Below, in pieces: positions 23,551-38,049 of a stretch of DNA of 64,000 nucleotides. The stretch is from Chiloscyllium plagiosum. Its lineage: Eukaryota. A program made the position numbers and the translations under genes. The stretch covers positions 141,874,395 through 141,938,394 of the forward strand of contig NC_057711.1 in NCBI RefSeq assembly GCF_004010195.1, given 5' to 3'. The first letter of the stretch is position 1. The number at the start of each line of letters is the position of its first letter. The notes under the pieces were generated by a model. The model had not been told where the DNA came from. It did no database searches and saw nothing but the letters and a program-made list of their open reading frames with translations.

Positions 23551-25146
23551 AAGTTACAATGGAGCCCAAGAAGGAAATTTTCCAAATGGGTAAATTAATC
23601 AAAGAGATTGGCTTTAACAAGTGCTTTAAATCCTGAGAGGCAGAGGTTTAGGGGGTAAGTATCAAGGCATGCGATCTACACAACTAAAGGCTTGGCCACT
23701 AGTAGTGGGATTAAGAGAAAGACTGATGAACAAGAGGTCAGAGTTGGAGGAGGTGCAGAATTCTTAAGGGGGATTTTGGGCTGGACAAGACTGAAGTAAT
23801 TAGTGCTTTTTAAAAAATTTTGTTTAATTCACGCATTGAGTGTGATCCAGAGTAGAGGGATGATGGGTGAGTGGCACTTGCTGGGTGTTAAGATGTGGGC
23901 AGCAGTGTTTTGGATGAGTTCACAGTAGTCAAGTGAGTATTCCATTGCCAATCCACCACTAAACAACTTTGATATTGCACTTCAGTCTGCTGCAGACATT
24001 CAAAGGAGGAGATCTACATTTAAATCAAATTTACTTTAACAACATAGAGGTTGACTACTCATTTTTGTTCATGGTTGAGCCAAGCATTTTTGACTTCCTG
24101 TTGCTGAAACTTTGGGATGTTTAACCCAAAGGTTTAAAGATGCTCTATAAGTGGAACTTGTCATCCAAGGCATAAATAAAAATTACAACTAAATTTGCAG
24201 TCCCATTCTCCTTGCAACAACAATGAGAAATGATTTTTTTTTGTACCATCAATACGGTTGTAGTGTACGACTCTCTAACCAGCATTCAAGCTGACACATG
24301 AGCAAATTTGATTGAGACTTGGGTGAAGTAGAATGAGATTCTAACAGACTTTATTCTGTGTAAGTTTAGCATTGGTGGAAACTCACTGTTTAAGGAAAGT
24401 ACTGTGACTATGGAGCTATAATTTATACCTCCCACATATGCAGCCAATGTAGTGTTTAGCATTGCATCCTGTATAAAACTGCATGCACCCATGGTGCATT
24501 AAAAGGAATTGTGTGTTACCTGAAAACACTGCAGTGGAGTGGTTAAGTGTTTCAGTAGGTTGGATGCTAGTCAGCTACTAGCTTCCAGATGTCCTTCCTC
24601 TTGTGCAGCTGTTAACCAGCTGTGGGTTGCCAGATGGAAACAATAAGAACCATGCCTTGGATCAGCACGTTTGTGAAGGATCTGAAGCAACTGAGCAAAG
24701 GAAGTTACCCCATCAGAACAAGGAGAGTAAATAACACTGGCCTTCGTTGTTACTGATATCCAGTAGTAATTGGGAGTAGGGATGCAGACTGGCCCTTCTG
24801 TGATACAGCAGCACTGGAACATTCTGCCTGCACAGACCAACTCAATCTGCATAATATATAGACATTTGGGCTGCCTAACAGATGGATGTTCGCAGATTCT
24901 AAAATAAAGTCATTTTTTTGGCTCTTTTAATGAATCCAAGGGCACTGAGGCCAAATGTAGTCTGGCAGAGATTATGTAACTAGTGTGACTATATCCTGAT
25001 TTGGGTGATATTGGGTGTAATTCTGTTGCACAATACTATTTCCCTTCTCTAGGATAAAGGCCATAACTCTTTTCAGAAAGAGAGAGATCCTATAGATGAA
25101 TTTCTGTAGAGGCCAAGCCCTTTTTTGCATTTGTCCAAATGATTTC

Positions 25147-25270
25147 TTTTGCTATAAATTCTGTGCTTATAAGCCTGTTCCATGACTACCTGATGAAGGA
25201 GCAACGCTCTAGAAGTTAGTACTTCCAAATAAACCTGTTGGACTTTAACCTGGTGTTGTGATTTTTTAAC
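25147..25270 (+). mobile_element. 124-bp insertion of a third PLE-like terminal-repeat family, with 17-bp TSD
   Basis: TTTGTCCAAATGATTTC at 25130-25146 and 25271-25287; internal CTGATGA-A-GGAGC(AAC)GCTCT-AGAAG and AATAAA. Confidence 0.75.
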
Positions 25271-28200
25271 TTTGTCCAAATGATTTCAGGCAGTGCACCA
25301 AGCCTTTTTAGCCAGAACAGGAATTGTTGTGCCAGGAAAAGATCATGTTCTATTTAGTTTTCTTTCTACCATTCTGGTTGTCACATGATACGATGACAGA
25401 GTTCTTGATTAATTATGACAATCAATCTCTTGTCAATTCGTCTACAGAAGCCCCAGACATGAGATAGGGAAAATCAGTTGCGGAGACAGCTTTGGGATCC
25501 ATTGGTCTAAAGTTGCCTTCACTGAGCCATATGTCATGTCTCACATTACTCCTATATTGCATCGCAAGATATTATCTCATCTGCATATAAATAAATCAAT
25601 GTCAGCAGCTTTCAGCATTTCCCTCAGGTGCCTGTCTGTAGTTGGACCAACCGTTCACTGAAATCATATTTCTGTATGTTAGTTTAGAATTTCCTCTGCT
25701 ACGTGCACAATTGTCACCTAGTCCTGTTGTTCAAAACAAGTTCAAACAACTTATCTATAATTTCTTTTTTGCCCTTTAGTCTCTAGAATCTTAAAAGATC
25801 AAACATAACCAGTTTTCTCCTCTCTCTCTCCTTACCAATGAGAGCCTGTTAAATTTACATTGTTCCTCCATAACCTCAATTATTTTTGGTTGCAAATTTT
25901 AATATCCTTTGTGTTTCATGGTAGTTCGAAGTTGGTTACCTTCTTTATCCTCAGGGTGGAAATCTTTTTGGATATATTTTATTGTAGTTAGTTGGAGATA
26001 GCATTCCTTGTTTTTTAACCATTTATGTAATATTGTCTATTATGCAATAACATATGTAGTTCTCATATGTGCGGGTCCTGATCTGCCTCTGGAGTAAAAC
26101 AGTAAAGTTCTGCTTTGGTTTGACACTGCATGAAGTGTACATTCATTTTGGTGTTCAACCTGGATGTGTAAAATTCTTTAAACTTGGCTAGAGAGCTTAC
26201 TCCATTTGATTTCCATATACAGTAAAATGTTTGTCATGTGTGGGGTTTCTCCCAACTTTGGCTGATTTAAAAATTTGCATTTCCATGCCATATAGTAACA
26301 TTAGCTGTCTGATTATTTTGACAAAGTATATATGTGTGCTCAGGAATGGAGTGCACAGGGTTGATGGGATTGTTGGTTAGAAAAGCCCCTTTGCACTTTC
26401 TGGGCCCACCGGAACCTGCCAGGAGTCCCAACCCCTAGTTGCACAAGGTCAATCCCCTCATTTTAATGGTCCCCCAGCCTTTCAAATCTGACCTTCACTT
26501 CCCCTCACTGAGACACTCGATCCTGACTTTAACTTGGCACCTATGTGTGGTGAGATTACCTGTTGTCTTACTAGTGCCTGGTACTAGAGCTGCTGACTAT
26601 CCACTTTGTCAGTGGGTTTTCCTCTGGAAACATGCGGTTGTGGTGTGGGGAGTCTCAGTTTGAAGCAATGAATGCTATGTCTGGTACTTAACCTGATGGC
26701 TACCTCACAACAATTAGTGGTGGCATCCCTCTTGGCTTTATAGCTGGGAGAATGGAGATCAGAGCATCTTTTTAAAGTCCGACCTCAAGTCTTATGAGAG
26801 GCCATAAGTGGTGGTGTAATATTAAATTAAAGGAAATTTCTACCCAACAGTACTAGATGTCAAATAAACAGTCTGATAATTTAATAAGAATGGAGTTGTC
26901 AGGAGAGATGGTGGTGAGCTGTTACCAGCATAAATTCTAAAACTTTCAGATGCTGCCATCAAGAGATTGCTGTCCTGCTGTTTCTCATCTAGAAGCTAAG
27001 ATACACCAGAGTTAATGGTAACTGCAAATGATGCTCTGTTTTTGATTACAAATGTAAAATGCAACCAGGTGAGTGCAGTCCCACCCAGACAGACTGACAT
27101 GAGGGGTGGGGTTACTGGGGGAGAGTGGTGTGGTCAGTTGTCTCAAAGGCTGAGAAGGATAAGGAGAGATGCTTTACTATTGTGACTTTGGTGCTATGGT
27201 GGGGAGTAAATCTGATTGGAGGGATTCAGACATTATGTTCTGGGAAAGATGTGCATGAACCTTTGAGATGTTGTTTCAGGGAATTTGTAGAGGGAGATTG
27301 GTAGTTTGTAAGGTGTGAGAATTTGACAGTTTTTTTAAGAAGCTGCACAATGCCAAATTGGGGGAAAAAAACAGGAACAACAACGGGAAAATACAGCTAT
27401 CAGCAACATGGGGACCATTTCAGGAAGGTGAGTCATTAACAGGTTTGTGTAAATATGGTTCAGACCTGGAAGTGGTTCTTTATGGAAAAGATGTGTATGA
27501 GAGAGGGCTTAAGGGGGGAGTCAGGAGAAAAGCTAGAGAAAGATGCACATTTAGGATTAGGACAGAAGGAAGCTCTTCAAGTTTGGGCCATGGGCTGGCA
27601 GAGGCAGCTGCTCAGGTTGTCCTAATCTTAGAGGCAATTGTCACAATCACAATAGAATTTATTATTTTACTGGTATTCAGGCTCTCGTTAACATTCGCTC
27701 TTACACTTAAACAACTAATAATCTTTCTTGCAAGCACACACACATCCCATGCATTAACACTTGGATTAATATCCAGACTCACCTACTGATATACTTTGTC
27801 ATGCTCCATAGTGATACAATTGTACACTCTTATTCCACTAATATTCATATGCTGTCATATATAAGCTGAAATACTAGAAAATATGCAGTGTTTTGCGTGA
27901 TCTCATTGGTCTCCTGGAATACAGGAGCCAGCTGTACTCCTTTAGCGTGATTTCTTTCCTCATTTGGGGAAAATGAGACCCCACTATTACAGTTTGGGCC
28001 GCTTGGCCAATCATTAGAAATGAATACAGACCACCGGGGGATGCACTGCCATCGGATCGTGGAAGCATATCTAAAAGTGTCTATTAAAATGAATTGGATA
28101 AATATGTGCAAAGGAATGCATTGAAAGGGGAAGTGGAACTAATTAGCTCTTTAAACAGCAATGGGCCAAATGACCTTCTGCAGTCTCAGATTCTATCATT

Positions 28201-28792
28201 CTAATCTGTAGAAGTTGTATATTTGACATGTTTGTCTTTTGCTGTAATGATTTAGGATTTTCCACTAAGTACGTGTTGTACGATCGGTGAACAGAATCAA
28301 GTAGTCATTTATCTTGTGAAATTCCTTGCATGCTGTTAAACTGTACATACTGTATTTGTCCTAATCTTTTAAATCTCCTAGGATCATATCACTATCTTCA
28401 AGAATGATAATTCCATGAATCTTCAAAGTAACAAGTAACTTCATGATCTTCCTGGTTGGAAACCTGCCACCTTTTCGTTCTGTTCAGTGTTTCTTCCCAC
28501 TGCCTGGAATTCCAAGGTCGACGGATTTGCAGAATTGGTGCTTGTCACGCTGCCTTCTTGAAGATATTTAACTATTTCATTCTCTCTGACAGTGATGAAG
28601 CTGATCTTTATTAACCTTTAAAGGGTAAGGGGTTGTTAGTGTACTTGGGGTGAGACAATTTCATGATTGACGTTTGAAGATATACTTTTGTCCTTTATTT
28701 ACTGCTTTCAAATTTATTAAAATATGCAATGCTGCACACTACTGTGCTTTGCCAATTACTGTATGTTTAAAAAATGAAGGAGGACAAGCATT

Positions 28793-29423
28793 TATAGAGT
28801 CTTAGAGATGTACAGCATGGAAACAGACCCTTCGGTCCAACTCGTCCATGCCGACCAGATATCCCAACCCAGTCTAGTCCCACCTGCCAGCACCCGGCCC
28901 ATATCCCTCCAAACCCTTCCTATTCATACACCCATCCCAATGCCTCTTAAATGTTGCAACTGTACCAGCCTCCACCACTTCCTCTGGCAGCTCATTCCAT
29001 GCACGTATCACCCTCTGTGGAAAAAGTTGCCCCGTAGATCTCTTTTGTATCTCTTTTATATCTTGTCTATTTATCTTATTCATGCCCCTCATAATTTTGT
29101 AAACCTCTATAAGATCACCCCTCAGCCTCCGACATTCCAGGGAAAACAGCCCCAACCTGTTCAGCCTCTCCCTATAGCTCAAATCCTCCAACCCTGGCAA
29201 CATCCTTGTAAATCTTTTCTGAACCCTTTCAAGTTTCACATCTTTCTGATAGGAGACCAGAATTGCACGCAATATTCCAACCAATGTCCTGTACAGCTGC
29301 AACATGATCTCCCAACTCGTGTACTCAATACTCTGACCAATAAAGGAAAGCATACCAAATGCCGCCTTCACTATCCTATCTACCTGCGACTCCACTTTCA
29401 AGGAGCTATGAACCTGCACTCCC
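28793..29423 (-). mobile_element. HER1/CR1 LINE 3' fragment
   Basis: LERVQKRFTRMLPGLEDLSYRERLNRLGLFSLECRRLRGDLIEVYKIM plus 3' UTR. Confidence 0.92.
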
Positions 29424-30734
29424 ATTTATGGTGCCTTTTATGATCTCAGAAAGCCATACAATTCTTCATAGGTAATGAACCACATTGGCTACTAAGTCTC
29501 CTACAGTGGTTGCAATGTGTGCAAAGAAAGATCCCACAAACAGTACTGAGGTAAATGATCAGACAATGTGTGCTAGTGATAAGTGTTGTGTTATACATAT
29601 TGCTCAGGGCATTTGAAGAATGGTCTTTTTCTTTTGCTGTCATACCATGAGATTTTTTATATCCACTCAGGAGGGTCAATAATACCTTTATTTAACACAT
29701 CATGCAAAATAATAGCATCTTTGGGTGCAGCAATGCCCTAGTAATGTTGAAGCATCAACCTGGATTATGTGTTCATATCTCTGGAGTGGGGCTTCAGCCC
29801 ACAACCTTTTGACCCTTAACCTTCTCACCTGCACTACTTCACAGATTGAACAATTGTGTTATCGAACAGTGTTCCCGTATCTCAGATATCATTGTTCAGG
29901 CTGCACACTCATTGCATTACTTGGTATTGGACTCTCCTGTAGGGTGTCATTTTTTTTTCTCTGTCTGAGTCAACTGATGGCCTGAATACTGTCTTTGTGG
30001 TGAATCTGTTCCAAACATCAAGAGCACCATTGAGTTTCACTGTGAATATTAAATTAGCCAATTGTCTTTGACATCGTCAGAATTTCTCTAATTCTGAAAG
30101 AAAATAAAGACTTGTCTTTTATGTAGCACCCTTCATCTTCTCAAGATTTATAAGATCTTGAGGTGTCGTCACTGTTTTCATGTAGAAATTATAGACAGTT
30201 GGTTAGGTTTTAACTGTATTTGTGTTACTATTGCCTGTTCATTTCTCGGGGGAGGGCTTGGAAATTCCCTTTGCTCTGTAGCTCAAGACTGAACTCTGCA
30301 ACACCCTAGCTTTCAATGAGATTTACTTCTTTTTTGAGTACTGACTTCGGAATTGTCTGCTAAAATCTTTTAACAAAAAATTTAAACAGTATTAATTGTT
30401 CCTCAAGTTGATACACATCCTGTTGAATCAGCAAGTAGAAGAAATTGAGACCATCGGCACAAAAGCTGACCTGAAGTTGAGGAAATCTCATGCGTAAATT
30501 AAAACCAAAGCTTTGGCAAGTGTCCAAGGCTGTGATGTTACAGTGATATTTTGGGGAAGCTATAAACCAAGACTTGCGCTTGCAGCTCTTTTCAGATGAA
30601 TTCCCTGACTTGATTGTTTGCTTTAAAAAAAAGAAAAACTTTTTTTTTTTAGTTATTTTTGTTCGCAGCCTCAGGATATCCTGCAGTGCTTAAAGCCATT
30701 GAAATACCTTTTGAAGCGTAGTCACTTTTGTAAT

Positions 30735-31344
30735 GTTTTTATTCGTTCTTGGGATATGGGTGTTGCTGGTTGGCCAGGATTTATCACCCACCACTAGTTG
30801 CCCTTGAGAAGGTGGTGGTGAGTCACTTTCTTGAATCGCTGCAGTCCACTTGCTGAAGGTATACCCACAATATCCTAAGGGGGAGTGTTTCCAGGATTTT
30901 CACCGAGCAACATTGAAGAAATGGCAACATATTTCCAAATCAGGATAGGGAGTGGCTGAAGGGGTACTTACAGATGATGGTGTTCTTAATGGTACTGGCT
31001 GAGAGTTTGAAAAGTACTGTCTTAAGGAGCCTTGATGAATTTCTGCAATGTTTTTGTAGATGACACAAGTACTTCTAATGAGCATTGGTGGTGGAAGGAG
31101 TGAATGTTTGTTAATGGGCCAGTCAAGTGGCTGCTTTGTCAGAATGTCAAACTACTTGAGTGTTGCTGAAGCTGAACTCATCCAGGCAAATGCGGAGTGT
31201 TCTGTCTCAGTCCTAACTTGTGCCATGATGGACATGCTTTAGGAACCCAAGAGGTGAATTTGAATGATCCCAAGCTTCTGACCTGCTCATGTAGCTGCAG
31301 TATGTAGATGGCTACTCCAGGTCACTTTCTTCTTAATGATACTC

Positions 31345-31399
<55 letters not shown>

Positions 31400-32060
31400 G
31401 TCTCTCTGTCTCTCTGTCTCTCTGTCTNNNNNNNNNNNNNNNNNNNNNNNNNNNNNNNNNNNNNNNNNNNNNNNNNNNNNNNNNNNNNNNNNNNNNNNNN
31501 NNNNNNNNNNNNNNNNNNNNNNNNNNNNNNNNNNNNNNNNNNNNNNNNNNNNNNNNNNNNNNNNNNNNNNNNNNNNNNNNNNNNNNNNNNNNNNNNNNNN
31601 NNNNNNNNNNNNNNNNNNNNNNNNNNNNNNNNNNNNNNNGATAGTCGAAGATTCAGTAATGATAATGCCATTGAATGTCAAAGGTCAGTGGTTAGAGTAA
31701 TTCTTGTTGGAGCTGATTGTTAGCTGGCATTTTTGTGATGCAAATGTTAATTGCCATTTGTCAGCCCAAAGTTGGATCGTGCCCTGATTTCCTGAATATG
31801 GACATGGTCTGTTTCAGTATCTGATGAATCACAAATGGTGCTGTACATCGTGCAATTACAATTGACCATCCCCATTTCTGACTTTATGATAGAAGGAAGA
31901 TCATTGATGCGGCAGCTGAAGATGGTTGGGCCTAGGACACTACCTGAGGAACCCCTGCAGAGATGAATGACTGCCAACAATCTTAACCATCTTCTTGGTG
32001 CTAGATATGACTCCTATCAATGGAGATTTTTTCCTGTAATTCCCATTGACTTTAATATTG
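30735..32060 (-). mobile_element. Old CR1/L2-like LINE 3' portion, split by a microsatellite and gap
   Basis: GSVLGPTIFSCRINDLPSIIKSE RT motif; 3' tail shared with other copies in the window. Confidence 0.7.
31345..31427. repeat. (TGTC)n/(TCTCTGTC)n microsatellite adjacent to the gap at 31428-31639
   Basis: Directly visible. Confidence 0.95.
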
Positions 32061-32769
32061 TTAGATCTAATTCAGCTGCACTTGCAACATTTTAAAAGTG
32101 CTTTAGATGTCCTGAGGTGGCAGATTGCAGGTCTGTCTTTTTTCAAATTTAAAACAAATAACTAACCACTGGACTGTGGCTGTTTTCCCTTTTAGGAGAG
32201 TCAAGGACCAGTGGGCATAGCCTTAAAATAAAGCATTGCACATTTAAAACAAATGAGGAATTTCTTCCCTTTTTGGAATGGAGATTCAGCTCAGTAGAAC
32301 TGAACTCATGCTGGATGCATTGGTCCAATAGAACTACAATTCAGTTATGAATTGATATTAGTGCACAGCACAAAACTGATGATAACTGTCAATCCGAATG
32401 ATTGGAACAAAAATCTTACAATTTAGAATGTGAGGTGATCTTGAGATTAGCAATTAAGTACAATTTGGGGGCATTGGCTAGAGTTGATTAGTGAGCTCAA
32501 ATCTTAATACCTGAAGTTAGTAATGTTCTGATTTTGTGTACTGCTGTCCTTCCAACTAGTGATTAGCAGCATTTCATGTATTCGATTAAACATTGGGAGA
32601 AGCATCAATTGCGAAATTTGAATCTAGATATTGTCTGCAATCAGAGCCTGCCTACTGTTAAGAGATGTGTTTATTCTGCTTAGTGGGGTCATGGTCATCC
32701 AGGTTTCGTTTCTGCTGCTAGTTTGTGCTTTTCCCAGCTTAAGGACAAAATCTGATGTGTTATAAATTG

Positions 32770-33119
32770 TAGTCATACAGCACAGAAATAGACCATTCAA
32801 CCCAACCAGTCCATGCTGGCCTTAATCCCAAGGTAAACTAGTCCAACCTGCCTGTTCATGGCTCTCATCCCTCCAAACACTACTTATTCATGAACTTTCA
32901 TAAATGTTATCATGATACTTACATGCACCACTCCCTTTAAACAAAAAAAATTGCCTCGTCTTTTTTAAATCTTTCTCCTCTCACGTTAAAAATATGCCAC
33001 ACTTTCAGGAGAAGACACTTGCCATTCACCTTAAGTACACTCCTCGTGATTTTATAAACATCTAAGGTCACCCCTCGACCTCCTACACTCCAGTGAAAAA
33101 AGCACAAGCCTTATTCAGC
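32770..33119 (-). mobile_element. Degraded HER1/CR1 3' fragment
   Basis: Similar to the tails at 2270 and 28793 (CCAACCAGTCCATGCTG, AGGTCACCCCTC). Confidence 0.7.
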
Positions 33120-33478
33120 ATGTTGGCTCAGTGGTTAGATCTGCTGCCTCACAATGCCAGGGTACTGGGTTCGATTCCACCCTCAGGCAACTGTCTGTGT
33201 GGAATTTGCTCATTATTACAGTGTTTGCGATGGTTTCCTCCGGGTGCTCTAGCTTCCTTCCATAGTCCAAAGATGGTCCAAAGATGTGCAGGTTAGGTGG
33301 ATTGACCATGCTAGACTCCCCTATAGTGTCCAGGGATGTGCAGACTAGGTGGATTAGCCATGGGAAATGCAGGGTTACAGGGATAGGATATGGGAGGATC
33401 TGGGTGGGGTGGTCTTTGGAGGATCAGTTTGGACTTGGTGGACTGATGGTCTGCTTTCACACTGTAGGGATTCTATGA
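33120..33478 (+). mobile_element. HE1-type V-SINE (older subfamily)
   Basis: GGCTCAGTGGTTAG...GGTTCGATTCC head, V-domain, tail CACACTGTAGGGATTCTATGA. Confidence 0.85.
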
Positions 33479-35749
33479 AATAGTCTACCTCCAGTTGTAG
33501 CCTCTCCAACCATTGAAAATATCCTCTCTGCATTTCATCTGTCCAGCACTGTTAGAAATTTATGTAGATACAGGCCAGTTGATCAATTTTTCCTCAGTTC
33601 TCCAGCTATGCCCAGAGTCAGCCAGTGAGCATTCACTGCACTGTCTCTAAATATCCCCTTAGGTACGGAACCCTCCTCATCTCTGTTCTAAAGGGTTGCT
33701 CATCCAGTTTGAGACTGTGCCCTCAGGTGCTCAACTCTCTACGAGTGGAAACATTTCTTGCCATATCCACTCTGTCCAGACATCTCAGTGTTCTCTAAGT
33801 TTCAGTGAAATTCCTCCACCCCCCAAACCACCACCTCCACCACCAATCCTTCAAGTACAGACCCAGAGTCCTGTAAAGCTCCTCATCTGGCAAGCTGTTA
33901 ATTCCTCAGCTCATTCATGTAAACCATTTGCCTTTCTAATTGCTTGCTGTACCTGGCTGTCAACTTTCATTGACTGGTGTACAAGGAAACCCAGATCTCT
34001 TTGTATATCCATAATATATAACTTTAAATAATATTCTTCCTTCTGTTTTCAACACTAAAGTGTATCACTTAACACTTAGCCATATTAAACTGCATCTGCC
34101 ATGTGTTTTTCAAAATTACCTTGAAGCCGCCTTGTGGATGGTGTTCTTAGAAATGAACGAATGACAACACACAATATAATTGAAACATTGATATACTTGA
34201 ATTGCTTTTTTCTGTCAAAAATAGGAAGCAGGAATAGACCATCAAGTTTGTTTCTCATTCAACTAGACATTGATGTTATACCTTTTAACAAATGGAAATC
34301 TAATTTTAATGCAGTTGAGAAGCTGAAAATATCAGCACACCATTTTGCAGGAGAAATCTTCAGACTTTCACACCCCTCTGTATGACAAAGTGCTTTCTAA
34401 TTTCAGTGCCAGTGGCCTAGCTCAAATTTTAAGATAGTGCTCCTTTGTTCTGAATTCCTGCACGAGGGCAGATAATTTCTCAGTTTCTGATCAAAACCGT
34501 TTTGTCGTTTCAAGACCTTGATTATGTCACCTCCTTGTCTTCAGCTGTGAATTTTTGGATAACAGTAGTGTTTCACATCCCGCTTTGACTACAAGGAGCT
34601 GTGTTTATCCTTCGTTCCAAATGTGAATTACTTGTACTTTCGATGTAATTTTTCAAGTCCTGCTCTGACAAATGATCTAAGCTCTTGTATGGAGTCTTAC
34701 TAAATTTGGTTGTGTTGCAGCCTATGTTTTGATCAGTGATGATTGATGACTGCATGTGGAAGTGAGAGTCGTGTTTGTTAATGCAGAGTGATAGTGATAA
34801 TATTGGCATCTTATGCTAGGAATTGTTTTAACCATTTTTGGTAGCTGTCTGGCATGTTCTGGCTGCTTTAGAAGCGCAGTCTGTACTGAAGTCCTGAGGT
34901 CTAATTATTCATCTCTGAATATTGGCTCAGCTAAGTTCCAGCTTGTAGCCAGTGATCAATAAATATATTGTCACTGTGGTGGTCTGTGCCCATTTTCTAC
35001 TCAGTTCATCTGAGACGTAAAGACTGTAAGTTATAGGAGCAGAATTAGGCCATTCAGCCCATCAAGACTGATTACAGATATTCACTTCCACAAACCTGTC
35101 TTGGTTTAAACATCCTCTGTAAACTGTTAGTTGAATATAGTATGGAGGTGCCATAGCCTGGTAATCCAGTGATCAGTGTGCAATCTCATTACACCAAGCT
35201 GGGCAACAGAACTCTGTAAAAGTGTTTCTCTATGGGCTGTCGCCAGTGGAAAGCTATCACAAAAATTGGTTTGTCATATAAATCCAATCTGTTCAACAAT
35301 GTTCCTTGGAGTAGTTAGCCTATATGGTTGACTCTCGTGTCCACTTGACCAACGTAAACACAATAAATGCACCCTAAGAACAAATTATTTTATAAAATCT
35401 GCAGCAATTACAGCTGAACATGTTGGTCCATTTATGAAGAGAGAATGGAATAACCTGGGGCGGAGAGCTTTTTTTTGCATTTATGTGCTTGGGCAATTCT
35501 AAGTGAGTTTTATCTAAAGATAAAAAGTATTGCTATGTGGAGTTTGATCGCATCCAGTCACTGCCTGTACTATGGCTTTTGATCCTTTGTTCAAGTAACT
35601 GATTCTTGGAGTCTCTCACCAATGACGTGCTTCATCTGGACCATGTTTCACAAAGATTTACATGTGGCTTGTGAAGTGAAGTAGGCAGAATAAATAGAAA
35701 CTTTTGGAACTTCTTGACTGGGCTTTTGAAAGAAAGAGTTAACAATTTG

Positions 35750-36052
35750 TGGGTGGCACTGCTGCCTCACAATGCCAGAGACCGGGATTCAATTCCCCCT
35801 CAGGTGACTGTCTGTGTGGGGTTTGCACATTCTCCGTGTCTGCGTGGGTTTCCTCCAGGTGCTCTGGTTTCCTCCCACAGTCCAAAAATGTGCAGGTTAG
35901 GGGAATTGGTCATGCTAAATTGCCCGTAGTGTTAGGTGAAGGGGTAAATGTAGGGGAATGGGTCTGCGTGGGTTGCGCTTCGGCGGGTCAGTGTGGACTT
36001 GTTGGGCCGAAAGGCCTGTTTCCACATTGTAAGTAATCTAATCTAATCTAAT
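35750..36052 (+). mobile_element. HE1-type V-SINE
   Basis: GCACTGCTGCCTCAC head remnant, V-domain, (TAATC)n tail. Confidence 0.9.
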
Positions 36053-38049
36053 TATGGTGATGAATGTTAACCCTGTCTGTCTCTCTCCACAGATTCTGCC
36101 GAACCTGCAGAGTTCTAACAAGTTTTATTATTCAGATGTTCGACATTTTAGCATTTTTGTTTTTCAGGAGCGAGAACGAATCTTTTTATAATTATCTTCA
36201 TAATTGAGCAAAGTAATCAAAGAATGAATAAACTAATTGTGTTTTAAGTAAATATTACAAATGCCATGGAAGATAATGAAAGAAATATTGAACGCAAATT
36301 GTTGGAACTAAAGAAAAAGTATGCTTGTTAGGCTCTGTCTTTATGCCTTTGTGAAGCATCTTATAATTTTTTTCTATATCAGAGGTACAATGTCTCTGCA
36401 ACTTGGTTCTTAAACAACTTTTGCTGAGATGGCAATACAATGCAGTGTAGTTAGTAGTCTGTGAGAGTTGGTAGCTACATTGAAAGAAACCAGTGGTAAT
36501 AAAGGACCATTTTTGTAATTGACTTCAAACCTTGTTTGAGAGAGTAAGAAAGAGAGTGCTACCAGCAGAAATTAAACCAGCCAGCAGCTGGGGTTAGTAA
36601 ATCTGCTGCCCCAGATGCTCCATTTCCAGCTGGCTGCCATGATGATTATTTCATCCCTGATGGGCCAGACCTTGTAACAGTTTTGAGAAAGCTGCAGTCA
36701 CTGCAAAAAGCATTTTTAGAGAAATGAGTGAGATATCAGGAAGCACAGGTTTCCATCTTAACAGGGTGAACATTGATAATGAATACAAGAGTGAAACTTG
36801 AGTAAAGGAGACTTGTGAGAAAAGGGAATTATTCAAGACAAATGCATTTGGACATGAATTCGAGAAAAAATACTGCAGCTTGGGTGTCTGAGATCATATT
36901 AATAATGGTTGAAAGTAACTGCTGCTAATTGCAATATGGGTGGTCATAAGACAGTTGAATGTTTTTCAATTGCTCTATGGTGCCTCTTTGAATTAGGTAT
37001 GTTTCTCTCTTAGGGGCCTGGCATACAGTCTCAACGCAGTTATTGGCCACGTCTCACAGCTCTGATATGTTGCAGACCAAGTTATTTCTTCCTTTTATAG
37101 GAGGTTCCAGGGCTCTTTTGTATTAACCTCTGCAAACTGCTGAGTCTTGCTGTTTTTAAGCATTAACAAAATTAGGATGCTAAATATAAAAGCTAAAAAT
37201 AATTTCCAAACTGGCTATCATTAGTGCAACAAATCTTTTATTAAACGTGGTTTCAAATGGTTGCCGATGTTTAAAATCTGTATATATTACTTATAATAGC
37301 CATGCATTTTGTACATGTATCAAAGTGGTATGTTAAAAATCTGACACAAATTGCACTTCCTGCCAATAATCCCCCTGTAAGTTCCTGTTTCCATTCATTA
37401 TGAAAACTGCCTTTGTAATACCCTTCCATCAGGAGTTATGTTACAGTGTCTTTACTGACAGGAATGTATAGTTACAGCTTGACCAATTTAAGTAGGCAGT
37501 TTGAGTTCGAAGTGAGGAAATTAGAATGGAAATATAAGAAGGGCAGATATCAGACTTTTAAGATGGAGAATGTATTCCGTCTGAGCAGTCTGGTTCAATC
37601 ACCCAAACACTTGCCACTCTACTTTTTTCAACCCATTTCGCCTCTGCGTTTGACTTGGGTGTGAACTCCTTATCTACGCTGCAAGAGAGTTTGACCAGGA
37701 TGACTTAATACCGAAACTGAATCCAAAACCATTCAAAAGCAGCACATCAGCCAACATTTGAAAGGTCAATATTTTGAGTGTCATGGTGTATGGAGTACTC
37801 TTGTTTCTTTAGTCAGAAATAAATTGTTTGCAAGTTGCTTATTCCTGGGAAATCTAATTGATATGTATAATAAAGAGATGTATAGCATTCTTGCTTCTTA
37901 AGTCTGAAAGTTCATGTTTCATGATCGGACTTGTCCCTATAATGTTGCCAACTCTGGGGAGATGCTGTAGTGGTCATGTTGACATACATGAGTATGCATT
38001 TATATATAAGTTATGTTTTGTTAACTAACATGTCCAGAAAGGATAAATA

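Noticed and set aside
27358-27789. 143-aa ORF with a hydrophobic segment
   Set aside because: Non-ATG start, no recognisable domain, and lies in decayed repeat-like intronic sequence.
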